Part shown: piece by piece, positions 44,855 to 57,789 of the stretch
How positions within the stretch are numbered: position 1 is the first letter of the stretch
How the letters are laid out: the number at the start of each line of letters is the position of its first letter
From: Macrostomum lignano
Lineage: Eukaryota
DNA: 64,000 bases
Reading direction: 5' to 3'
Assembly (NCBI GenBank): GCA_002269645.1
Contig: NIVC01001762.1
Span: 62,001-126,000 of the forward strand
Notes under the pieces: generated by a model
Told to the model about the DNA's origin: nothing
What the model saw: the letters and a program-made list of their open reading frames with translations, nothing else
The model's database searches: none
Program-made: the position numbers and the translations under genes

Positions 44855-47800
44855 CTAAACGTTGGAACCGCCCAGGTCAGCGCGGACGACCACATTCTGC
44901 TGGCCGGGGCCGGCCGGATTCGCCAGGCCGCCGAAATCATTGAAATTGCCGCCAGCCGCCGGGCCGGTCGATGAAGTCGACGCTTCATCTTCGGGCGGGG
45001 CGTCATCCAGGTTGTCGGCTATCAGGTCGCGCTGCACAGAGGCCTGCGTCAGCTGTTCGTCGGTGGTCAGCAGCTGGGCCAGCGGCAGGCAGCAGCGAGG
45101 GCAGGTCTCCGTCAGGAGCGGCCGGGCATGCGTCAGCAGCGGCTTCAGCAGCCTTTGGTAAATATTTTCGGGTTTGTTGAATGAGCGACTGAGTAACAAA
45201 GTAATAGTCACGAGTTTGCGAGTTGAGTCACAGAAGTCACAGGTGTTTGGTGGCTGAGTAATAAGATTGCGTGGTTGAGTCATAAGATTCGGTGGCTGAG
45301 TCAGACGATTGGGTGGCTGAGTCAGACGATTGGGTGGCTGAGTCACACGATTGGGTGGTTGAGTAAAAGGTGGTTGAGATGGTTGAATAAGATCGGGTTG
45401 CTGAGTCACAAGATCGGGTGGCTGAGTCACAAGATCGGGTGGCTAAGTCACAAGATTGGGTGGTTGAGTAAAAGGTGGTTGAGATGGTTGAATAAGATCA
45501 GGTGGCTGAGTCACAAGATCGGGTGGCTGAGTCACAAGATTGGGTGGTTGAGTAAAAGGTGGTTGAGATGGTTGAATAAGATCAGGTGGCTGAGTCACAC
45601 GATTGGGTGGCTGAGTCACAAGATTGGGTGGCTGAGTCACACGATTGGGTGGCTGAGTCACATGATTGGGTGGATGTCACACGATTGGGTGGCTGAGTCA
45701 CAAGATTGGGTGGCTGAGTCACAAGATTGGGTGGCTGAGTCACACGATTGGGTGGCTGAGTCACATGATTGGGTGGATGTCACACGATTGGGTGGTTGAG
45801 TCACACGATTGGGTGGCTGAGTCACAAGGTGGCGGCGGCAGCTCACCTGTTGTCGAGGCCGTGCCAGGACCTGGCAAACCAGGCCCGGTTGCTGCCCCGG
45901 TTGGCGGCTGAGGCCATGGCGATCTCTGCCTCGGAGCCCTGAGAGGAGGCGGGCAGTTCAGAGATGCATATACTAAAATGAATATCTGTGTTGACAGCAA
46001 GAAATGAGAAATGAGATCAAATCGCAGAATGACATGCAGGGTTGTTAAAGCAGCACAACAATTGATTGCTTCTGACAGCGCAGGTGTTGAGTCAATATCC
46101 AAAAACATAGGAGACACGCACTGCACCGATGACGAGCGGCCCTACTGAGCACAACAGCAACCAGAGTTTCAATTCGAGAAACCCAACGGCCAAACGGCAA
46201 ATTTGAAATTTATCAAGTGCTAATAAGTGCAGTGAGATGAAATGAAAGGACACTGTGAAATAATTAGAAAATTGTTTTAATCGGGAACATTAAAACCCAC
46301 ATACAGACAACTCATTTTTAGTATATGGGAAGACTAGCCATGACCCCCCATTAGCGACCAATATTGTGTTTGACAGAAAAGGCCTTGTCATCTAGATTTT
46401 GCTTCTATAGTTTCAAGCATCCAATTAAGCTACTTAAAGTAGTTAGTTGCAAGGACAAGAATTAGATTTTAATAAAAAACTTCTAAAAAACAGAATTATT
46501 GAAGTAAAAATAGTTCAGACAGAAGATTGTAATGTTTTATTGGAGACAGAATTCCTAAAGGGAAGAGACAACTGACTACCTTGTCAACCAGCAGCAGCAG
46601 GTGATCGGTCTCGTGCTGCCAATTCGGCTGTCCATCCGCTGTGAGCAGCTGTTTTTATTATTAATGTTATGCAGCATTGTGCTCAGTTAGTACAAATTCG
46701 TACTAAGTTGCCAGTTGAGTAACAATTTATAGCATTCGATTAGTAACAGATACTTTATACAGTAAAATTTGGTGGCGGATGCATAGTAGCGGAAACTGGC
46801 TGGTGGGCCTGAGGGGGGTAGGCGGAAACTGGCTGGTGGGTCCGAGGGGGGGGCGGAAACTGGCTGGTGGGTCTGAGGGGGGGCGGAAACTGGCTGGTGG
46901 GTCTGAGGGGGGGGCGGAAACTGGCTGGTGGGTCTGAGGGGGGCGAAAACTGGCTGGTGGGTCCAAGAGGGGCGGAAACTGGCTGGTGGGTCTGAGGGGG
47001 CGGGGGCGGAAACTGGCTGGTGGGTCTGAGGAGGGGGGCGGAAACTGGCTGGTGGGTCTGAGGGGGGGGCGGAAACTGGCTGGTGGGTCTGAGGGGGGGC
47101 GGAAACTGGCTGGTGGGTCTGAGGGGGGCGAAAGGGGGCGGAAACTGGCTGGTGGGTCTGAGGGGGGAGGAAACGAAGCTGAGGGCCCAATAGGGGGAGG
47201 GGGCGGAAACGATGCCGAGGGTCCGATGGGGGGCGGAAACGATGCGGAGGGTCCAATAGGTGGCGGAAACGATGCGGAGGGTCCAATAGGGGGCGGAAAC
47301 GATGCCGAGGGTCCGATGGGGGGCGGAAACGATGCGGAGGGTCCAATAGGGGGCGGAAACGATGCCGAGGGTCCGATGGGGGGCGGAAACGATGCCGAGG
47401 GTCCGATGGGGGGCGGAAACGATGCGGAGGGTCCAATAGGGGGCGGAAACTGGCTGGTGGGTTCGAGAGGGGGACGGAAAGTGGCTGGTGGGTTCGAGAG
47501 GGGGGCGGAAACTGGCTGGTGGGTCCGAGAGGGGGGCGGAAACGATGCGGAGGGTCCAATAGGGGGCGGAAACTGGCTGGTGGGTTCGAGAGGGGGGCGG
47601 AAACTGGCTGGTGGGTCCGAGGGGGGAGGAAACGATGCTGAGGGCCCAATAGGGGGCGGAAACGATGCCGAGGGTCCGATAGGGGGCGGAAATGATGCGG
47701 AGGGTCCGATGGGGGGCGGAAATGATGCGGAGGCTTATTCATGCGACCACTTGTGAATAAACTGATGCCAAGAAAAACAAAACAAAACGACAAAGCAAAA

Positions 47801-50800
47801 ACAAAGTTAGTTGAAGACAACAAGACAGGTCTGGTAGACAATATGCTAATGATACACTTGCACAACAGTCGCGCCATCTGGTGCCTGTCTACATAAGCAT
47901 AGCACTGATTGCGCAATACCTGGAGCACGCTTGTGTAACTCCTGCGATCCCCGACCTCAAACTGTGGTTTTATCGGGGCAATGAAAAAGATGGAACAAGC
48001 ATAAAAGTAGCAGATTTTATGCGAACACTTTTCTGGGGACGTATACAGTAGGCAGGGTGAATTTTCTGCGCGCAGGGCTAACAAAAAAGGACAAATCCGG
48101 CTGCGACTCACCGATTGAATGTCCTCATAGTTTCTTTTGGGCGCCTCTTCTTCAACGCCAACTCTGCAGTTGGGGGGGGGGGGGGGGGGCAGTGAGAAAT
48201 TCAGGGTTCGCTGTTACAGACCTGCCGTTGTGTGCCGCTTTTTGAGTACTAAATCTGGATTTATAAAAACTCGGAGAGGGAGATTGGGAGAGGAAACAGG
48301 CAGGGGAGAGAGGAGAGAAGAGGCGATAGGGGAGAAGAGGGAGAAGAGGGAGGGGGAGAGGGAGAGGGAGAGGGAGAGAGTGAGAGGGGGACAGAGAAAG
48401 AGAGGGAGAGAGGGAGGGGGAGAGAGGGAGTGGAGAAAGGGAGAAAGAGGGAGAGGGAGAGAGGCAGAGGGAGAGGGAGAGAGGGAGGGAGTGAGAGGGA
48501 GGGGGAGAGAGACGGGGAGAGAGGGAGGGGGAGAGAGGGAAAGGGAGAGAGAAAGAGTGGGATCGAGAGAGAGAGAGAGAGCGGGGAGAGAGGGAGAAGG
48601 AGAAAGCAGGGAGGGAGAGAGGGAGAAGAGGGAGAGAGCGGGGAGAGAGAGGGAGAAGAGGGGAGGACAGAGGGAGGGAGCAGTGCGCAGGGAGGGGCAG
48701 GAGGAAGAGGCAGAGAGTGGCAAGAACTCAAACACGAATCCCCAGCCCAGAGCCCCAGCAGCGCCACGCTGACCTGATCCGCAGCCACTGCAGCATCTGG
48801 GTGGTGAGGCTGCCGCACAGCAGCACGGTGGCGATGACGATCAGCAGGGTGGTGGACAGCATCATCTTCCTGACGCTAGACGAAGTGTTCCGAATGGCCA
48901 AAGCGAAGGCGATAGCGCCGCGCAGGCCGGAGAACATGAGCATGTGCATCTTGTTGGCGCCGATGCGGTTCCGCCTGCCCAGGTTGAGCAGCAGGCACAG
49001 CGGGTACACGTTCAGCGCCCGGCCGAGGAGGATGGCGACAAAGGCGGCGAATATGAATACCGGATCCCACAGGTGGGAGCTGTAGGTGAACGTGCTGACG
49101 CCGATGTACAGGAATGTGAAATTCTCTGCTAGGAAGTTCAGCAGCTCGAAGAAGTTCTTCGTGGACTCTTTGGACTCGCGAGATAAATTGTTGTAGGTGT
49201 AGTGCGCCTGGAGGGGTGGTCATGGGGCGATTTTCAGGTGTGCTTATGAGCGATTCTCAGGTGTGCTTATGAGCGATTCTCAGGTGTGCTTATGAGCGAT
49301 TTTCAGCAGTGCTTATGAGCGATTCTCAAGTGTGCTTATGAGCGATTCTCAGGTGAGCTTATGAGCGATTCTCAGGTGTGCTTATGAGCGATTCTCAGGT
49401 GAGCTTATGAGCGATTCTCAAGTGTGCTTATGAGCGATTCTCAGGTGTGCTTATGAGCGATTCTCAGGTGTGCTTATGAGCGATTCTCAGGTGTGCTTAT
49501 AAGCGATTCTCAGGTGTGCTTATGAGCGATTTTCAGCAGTGCTTATGAGCGATTCTCAGGTGTGCTTATGAGCGATTCTCAGATGTGCTTATGAGCGATT
49601 CTCAGGTGTGCTTATGAGCGATTTTCAGCAGTGCTTATGAGCGATTCTCAAGTGTGCTTATGAGCGATTCTCAGGTGAGCTTATGAGCGATTTTCAGCAG
49701 TGCTTATGAGCGATTCTCAAGTGTGCTTATGAGCGATTCTCAGGTGAGCTTATGAGCGATTTTCAGCAGTGCTTATGAGCGATTCTCAAGTGTGCTTATG
49801 AGCGATTCTCAGGTGTGCTTATGAGCGATTTTCAGGTGTGCTTATGAGCGATTCTCAGGTGTGCTTATGAGCGATTTTCAGCAGTGCTTATGAGCGATTC
49901 TCAGGTGTGCTTATGAGCGATTCTCAGGTGTGCTTATGAGCGATTCTCAGGTGTGCTTATGAGCGATTTTCAGCAGTGCTTATGAGCGATTCTCAGGTGA
50001 GCTTATGAGCGATTCTCAGGTGTGCTTATGAGCGATTTTCAGCAGTGCTTATGAGCGATTCTCAAGTGTGCTTATGAGCGATTCTCAGGTATGCTTATGA
50101 GCGATTTTCAGCAGTGCTTATGAGCGATTCTCAAGTGTGCTTATGAGCGATTCTCAGGTGAGCTTATGAGCGATTCTCAGGTGTGCTTATGAGCGATTCT
50201 CAGGTGAGCTTATGAGCGATTCTCAGGTGTGCTTATGAGCGATTTTCAGCAGTGCTTATGAGCGATTCTCAGGTGTGCTTATGAGCGATTCTCAGTCAGG
50301 TGTGCTTGTGAGCGATTTTCAAATGAGGTCAAAGAGCAATTCTCAGGTGATCATGGGACAATTCTCAGGTGAGATCATGGGATAATTCTCAGGTGAGATT
50401 ATGGGACAACTCTCAGGTGAGATCATGGGACAATTCTCAGGTGAGATCATAGGATAATTCTCAGGTGAGATCATGGGACAACTCTCAGGTGAGATCAGAG
50501 ACAATTCTCAGGTGAGATCATGAGACAATTCTCAGGTGAGATCATGAGACAATTCTTAGGTGAGATTATGAGACAATTCTCAGGTGAGATTATGGGACAA
50601 TTTCAGGTGAGATCATGAGACAATTCTCAGGTGAGATTATGGGACAATTTCAGGTGAGATCATGAGACAATTCTCAGGTGAGATCATGAGACAATTCTCA
50701 GGTGAGATCATGGGTGATCTTCAGGTTCTCATGGTGCATGATGAACGCACCTGACAGATTCCGCAGAACAGCACAGCCACAATGCCGGTGCTTCTGGCAG

Positions 50801-51184
50801 CCTCGGCGGCCAAGAAGGTGCTGTAGCTCATCAGGATGAAGAGGCTGGACTCGAGCAGTGGGTGGTCGCGAACCCGGGTGTACTTGGTGATGAGGGCCGT
50901 CAGGCAGCCCATGGCGCTGCCGATGCCCAGGGCGCCGAAGAAGACGCCAAGGAAGCTGAGCACCGCCTTCAGGATGGCTTCGCCCTGAATGCCGCCGGCA
51001 GAGGCCGCCAAAGCGCCGTACTTCTCGATGGACTGCGACAGCACAATTGCAACGGCGTCGTTGAGCACGCTCTCGCCGAATACCAGGGCGTAGAGGTCCA
51101 CGTCGACGTTCAGGTCGTTGAAGATGGCGAGAACCGTGACTGGGGAGGAGTGGTTGGATTAGGTAAACGGACGGACAGAGAGAC

Positions 51185-51251
<67 letters not shown>

Positions 51252-51258
51252 GCAAGCC

Positions 51259-51329
<71 letters not shown>

Positions 51330-51553
51330 TAAACAGACAGACAGACACAGACACAGACATACAGCAAGCCAGACAGACAGACAGACAGACACTAAAACAC
51401 TAAGACAGACATACAGCAAGCCAGACAGACAGACAGACAGACATACAGCAAGCCAGACAGACAGACAGACAGACAGCAAGCCAGACAGACAGAACAGACA
51501 CTAAGACAGACAGACAGACAGACAGACACAGACAGACACTAAGACAGACATTA

Positions 51554-51590
<37 letters not shown>

Positions 51591-51702
51591 CACAGACAGA
51601 CAGACAGAGACAGACAGACAGCAAGCCAGACAGACAGAACAGACACTAAGACAGACAGACAGACAGACAGACAGACACAGACAGACACTAAGACAGACAT
51701 TA

Positions 51703-51751
<49 letters not shown>

Positions 51752-54700
51752 GCCCTGAGCTCACCCGGATCGGTGGCTGAGATGAGCGCCCCAAACAGGA
51801 GGCACTCGTTGAACAAAATGGAGCTGCCGATGCCGGTGCTGAGTCGGGTGATGCCATAGACCAGCGAGCTGGGGAAGGCAATGGCGGTAAAGCAGTTCAG
51901 TGTCACTAGCATATCGACAACAAAGAGAGATATGGACAGGAAATGGCGGATGACCCAGACAGACTCACCCAACAACAACGCAAGAGATAGTTGTGCCAAT
52001 GAAAGCCAATGTTAGAATGGCGCCAATGTTGCGAAAGAAATGCTTCTGCAAATTATAAATGATTAAGAGCGATAGTTACGACATTTACCTGCATTCACCT
52101 ATATTCACCTGCAATCACCTACGTTCACTTGTATTTACCTCCATTCACCTAATTTCACCCCCTTCATCTAATTTCACCTATATTCACCTGTATTCACCTA
52201 ACTTCACCCCCTTCATCTAATTTCACCTACATTCACTCGTATTCACCTAATTTTACTTCCATTCAACTAATTTCACCCCCTTCCCCTAATTTCACCTACA
52301 TTCACCTATATTCACCTAATTTCACCTACATTCACCTAATTTCACCTACATTCACCTATATTCACCTAATTTCACCTACATTCACCTATATTCACCTAAT
52401 TTCACCTACATTCACCTAATTTCACCTAAATTGATCTAAATTCACCTGCGTTCACCAGCATTTACTTAAATTCACACTATGAACTTATAGGGTAACTTTT
52501 GCAAATAAACTCTACCCTAGGAGTTTTGAAATGTTATTTAAATTGAAAACTGCCGAAATATTCAAATAAATTGCAATATTCAATACCGCATCGTGAAATT
52601 TCGAGCTCATAAATTTTGCTTCAACAATCCCCCTCCCTTTAAAGTTGTGAACTCACCCGCTTCATGCTGTACCCGGCGCAGAAGATAATCGGCGGCAGGA
52701 TGATGTTGAAGAACACCTCCGGATTGAAGGTGGCCTTCTCGTCTAATATCGGCGACCGAACCTCGTTGCCATAGAGACGCCGTTTATAGTCGTATTCGTA
52801 CACGCGGGACTGATTATTGTCCCCGATCTCCAGCATGGTCACCAGCACCTTCTCAGGCGGCAGGGCGTCGCTGCCGGGCAGTGAGCCGGTGGCGTTGAAC
52901 CGGCGAACTGAAAACTCGCTGGGCTGCGAGCCGTAGCGAATGATGGCGCCGACCAGCAGGCCTGGGTGGGGTGATTGGTTGCCAAGGTGGCTGATTTCAT
53001 TGGTTGCTAAGGCTTGAGTACTGGTTGCCAAGGTGGCTGATTTCATTGGTTGCTAAGGCTTGAGTACTGGTTGCCAAGGTGGCTGATTTCATTGGTTGCT
53101 AAGGCTTGAGTACTTGTTGTTAAGGCATCTGGGTTGCTAAGGGTTGATATTTTGAATAGTGATTGCAACACCACAAGTAGCATTTTTACTTCATACTAGT
53201 ATTGGATGCTTGTCAGCAGCATTAACAACTTAGCAAAAATAAAATTTGATTAAATTTTCTAATTAAAACTTTCTTAATCTTGGACCTAGCTGGAAAATTG
53301 TCACCATTTTCCAGCAAAAAATCTAGTGTTGAGGAAAAAATTTGATTGGCCTAGACAAAGCAAGGTATTTTATTTTAATCAAACTTTTATATACATACAT
53401 AACTACAATTACTAGCTAACCTTGTCATTGCTATTCTGGTCAGCATAAGCTATGGCAAAGATATAACCAGTTGCAAAATTGATTAATTTTTTATAATAAT
53501 ATATTTTTGACAAAGTTTGACAAATAAGAAGTTTTTATTTTGTTAATATGTTTTAAGGTATCTTAAAACAGGTAAAATTAGCAGGTAAAATATTAGAGGT
53601 TTTACATAAATGAAAGATTAGAATAAATAGAATCATCTGTATGATCATTGTGTAATTGTTAAAAAAAGGTTATATTAATACATAATATTTAAAAGTCTTA
53701 GCATAGAATCTTTGTTGCTAGTTGCTAATAAGAAATTTCAAACAACATTTGAATGATTCGTTTCTGAACTACTTTGACACTTTTAAAAAAAACAAAGGAT
53801 ATACAATCCTTTTGGTATACATATAATAGTGCATATTTCTATTGATTGTAACTTCCAACAAATTTTTACAAATACAAGTCAAAATGCATTGAAAACTTTA
53901 TTGTGCAAAAATTCTATAATGGTAAAAGGTATAACAATATCTTTAATTTGTTTTTAATTGTATTTGTTTAACTTATGGAAAGACAAATGACTTAGTCGAA
54001 AAGAAACTTACAAAGTTGTTTCAAAAGTTTTGCCATTTAGCCATTTCAAAAGCTTTTTTGTGAATATTTTTTGGTATTGAAAAGTACTTTTATATGAAAT
54101 ATATAGTACATAGTGTTTTCTTTTTATGTTTTTTCAATATATTTTTTTCTGCACAAATTCTAAGCAACCTCTGGATTTTCAACAAATGGACAAGTAAGAA
54201 TACCAAGCCCTCATTAAATTTTTCACCCTGAAAGGGCTAAAGTCAGCAGCAATTGAAGAGGAGATAGTCTATATACCCTATAACTTGTATTTCTCTGCAT
54301 ACTATCAAGCAACATTACAACACATTTGTATGGTAGGGTGAACCTTGAAAGTTGAGGCAGTAGCCAAGTTGTTTGATAAAGTTTGTTCAATTTGAGTTGC
54401 CAAAATTTCTAGCTTAGCTAGTTAGGTCACCTAGCTAAGCTAGGTCAAAAAAAGAGCTCCAATATCAAATCCTAAGGTATAACAAGATCAATGCCTGATG
54501 GGTACCCTGAATGCTTTCATAGGACCACAAGCAAAACCAACTTAGCTCATGTTGGCTTATGCTTGACCTCTACAATGAGAATTCAGATGGATTTAAAAAA
54601 GGAAATATAACTAAGGATAAGTACTAGATCTACCTACCACTATGACCTTAAGTCTAAGCAAGATTCCATAGAGTGGTAGTGCCCTAGGGAAAGGGCCTCC

Positions 54701-57700
54701 ATAAGTTTAAGCAAGCAAATTTAGCTATCAAGATCCTGGGCTGTTTTTTTTCAATTACTATCAAAGGATCCTACTAGCTAAATACCTATCTTTGGTATCT
54801 ACTTTGCTAAATAGCTAAGCTAGCTTCATCAGGCAGTTGTCTAGAAGAGGTAAGGGAAGCTGAGTACTAGCCTCTTGTTGTTTCATAACAATGCCCTAGC
54901 TCATACTGCCTAGGTTGTAGTGAATTCTACTAATATTGTAGGGTTCAAAATCCTTCCCTATCTTGCCTAATCACTAGATCTGGCATTTTCTTACTTTGAC
55001 TTAATTGCAAGGGGCTCTGTGCATCTAGATATAGTAAGTAGGCATTGCTGCCCTTTTCATTAACCCCTAACCTGACCTAGCACCTTCTGATTTCTATCTA
55101 TTTATTTTGTTAGCTCAAATAGCTATTTTGTTCATATCATTTCAAGTCTAATAAATAAGTCATCAGCCTTGCCAACCAATAGCTAGAGGACCAGCTGGCA
55201 AAGTTCTACACCAGTAGCATCTAGGTGCTATGCAACCAATGGCAGAAGTTTGTGTTCCACCATAGCCGTAGCTATGGCTATGGGATCCTATGGCAAATAT
55301 GATAAAATAGGTGCCTATGGCAGCTATGGATATGCCTATGGTTATACCCTATAACTTGTATTTCTCTGCATACTATCAAGCAACATTACAACACATTTGT
55401 ATGGTAGGGTGAACCTTGAAAGTTGAGGCAGTAGCCAAGTTGTTTGATAAAGTTTGTTCAATTTGAGTTGCCAAAATTTCTAGCTTAGCTAGTTAGGTCA
55501 CCTAGCTAAGCTAGGTCAAAAAAAGAGCTCCAATACCAAATCCTAAGGTATAACAAGATCAATGCCTGATGGGTACCCTGAATGCTTTCATAGGACCACA
55601 AGCAAAACCAACTTAGCTCATGTTGGCTTATGCTTGACCTCTACAATGAGAATTCAGATGGATTTAAAAAAGGAAATATAACTAAGGATAAGTACTAGAT
55701 CTACCTACCACTATGACCTTAAGTCTAAGCAAGATTCCATAGAGTGGTAGTGCCCTAGGGAAAGGGCCTCCATAAGTTTAAGCAAGCAAATTTAGCTATC
55801 AAGATCCTGGGCTGTTTTTTTTCAATTACTATCAAAGGATCCTACTAGCTAAATACCTATCTTTGGTATCTACTTTGCTAAATAGCTAAGCTAGCTTCAT
55901 CAGGCAGTTGTCTAGAAGAGGTAAGGGAAGCTGAGTACTAGCCTCTTGTTGTTTCATAACAATGCCCTAGCTTATACTGCCTAGGTTGTAGTGAATTCTA
56001 CTAATATTGTAGGGTTCAAAATCCTTCCCTATCTTGCCTAATCACTAGATCTGGCATTTTCTTACTTTGACTTAATTGCAAGGGGCTCTGTGCATCTAGA
56101 TATAGTAAGTAGGCATTGCTGCCCTTTTCATTAACCCCTAACCTGACCTAGCACCTTCTGATTTCTATCTATTTATTTTGTTAGCTCAAATAGCTATTTT
56201 GTTCATATCATTTCAAGTCTAATAAATAAGTCATCAGCCTTGCCAACCAATAGCTAGAGGACCAGCTGGCAAAGTTCTACACCAGTAGCATCTAGGTGCT
56301 ATGCAACCAATGGCAGAAGTTTGTGTTCCACCATAGCCGTAGCTATGGCTATGGGATCCTATGGCAAATATGATAAAATAGGTGCCTATGGCAGCTATGG
56401 ATATGCCTATGGTAGCTAGCTGTTCTTATGGCTACGACTACAGAAATATGGTAGTTGTTGTCACATTCCATAGATTCCTATAGCCATAGTTATTAATGTT
56501 AAAAAATGAAAAAATATTAGAAACAGGTAGAGTAAAACAAAGATACTTTTAGTAAACTATATTGTCAACTTAGAAACTTTTAAAATAGACCTAAAAAGTA
56601 CAATAAAACACTAGCAAACTCTAATTTTTATTAATGTGAAAAAGTTCAGCATTAGTACTTTCAGTAACAATTAAGTATTGTTGCTCTGAAAAAAAATTAA
56701 ACTTAATTTGCAGTTGTTTAAGCACTAGGTTATCTTCTTGATTCAAAATATTTTGTTTAATAGACTTTTTGTTAAAACTATGGCTACAACTATAGGAACT
56801 ACAGGAATATGGTAATATTGGGATCCCTATGGCTATGGAATATGAAGAATTTGGAATAAGCCGTAGTTTTGCTTACAGCTATGGCTACTGTACATGGACC
56901 TTCCTTACAGCAGAACACTAGCAGAAGTGCATTGATCATTGGAGGATGTGTTTAAAAAAATACAACATTATTCTAAAATTTCTACTTTAACTATGTGAAC
57001 AACAAAGTTGTTTGAACCCCTCATATTTTAGCTTAATTTTAATATATATATAAATAATATGCACATTATAAAAACATACAATAAAACTTTTTATTATAAT
57101 CTAAAATATATACAAATAATATAATTAAAAACTTATATATAGTCTTGGGAATAGATCCAGAAAACTATAAATGAGTTATAGATTAGGCCTACTAAGGTGC
57201 ATGTATATGTATATAGCCTATAAAATATTAAATAATAAAACTTAATACCATGATAGGGACATGCCTTAGGCCTATATATCCCCCCTATATCTACTACTGT
57301 GCAGTCTTGAATTAAATAAGAATTCTAAAAATTTTATATAATTCAATATTGATTTTAGTCTAGATAAAAGTTTCTATTTTATTTCTAGTATACTAGATAG
57401 ATAACTGTTCAGAAAAGTATTTCTTCTTTTTTATTTAAATCTTATGTTTATAATAGAGCAGCTTTAATGAATCAATAAATTTAGATAAAATAATTTAGTC
57501 AACTAAGAACACCAGATATTTTTATTTTTGCCTTGTATTCATACTTTTGAAATTATACATTGAAATTATATTATACATCGGAGTAATGAAACTTACCATA
57601 AATAACAGCCAAGCCTGTTTCATGAATATATCTTAATCTACGATGTTTAAACAGCCAAACTGTTAGAAGTGTAACAATTAATAAACCTAAATAAAGGAGC

Positions 57701-57789
57701 AATGTGAGGCTATCCGAAACATGGTTAGTTTCTACCCTACTTTCCTGGCTCTTCTCGACGCTTTTGTCGATTATCTCTTCGTCAGACAT
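44855..57789 (-). CDS. SLC9A6/7/9: Endosomal Na+/H+ exchanger, NHE6/7/9 clade; exons 57789-57597, 52961-52657, 52045-51969, 51868-51765, 51139-50751, 49207-48774, 48163-48112, optional 47961-47920, 45938-45847, 45152-44855
   Basis: [78 protein letters not shown]; all phases consistent. Confidence 0.95.
45250..45830. repeat. 21-bp minisatellite GGTGGCTGAGTCACAAGATTG (NHE last intron)
   Basis: Direct reading. Confidence 0.93.
46790..47735. repeat. G-rich ~30-bp minisatellites with GGCGGAAAC core, two unit types
   Basis: Direct reading. Confidence 0.93.
48285..48720. repeat. GA-rich purine tract
   Basis: Direct reading. Confidence 0.9.
49225..50715. repeat. Adjacent 23-bp (GTGCTTATGAGCGATTCTCAGGT) and 24-bp (TCTCAGGTGAGATCATGGGACAAT) minisatellites in one NHE intron
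   Basis: Switch at about 50330; shared ATTCTCAGGTG core. Confidence 0.95.
51170..51752. repeat. (CAGA)n microsatellite (NHE intron)
   Basis: Direct reading. Confidence 0.97.
52085..52460. repeat. ~10/20-bp TTCACCTA(AT/CA/TA) repeat
   Basis: Direct reading. Confidence 0.88.
54272..56413. repeat. Near-identical 1071-bp direct tandem duplication in an NHE intron
   Basis: TAACTTGTATTTCTCTGC at 54281 and 55352; only a few substitutions seen. Confidence 0.95.
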
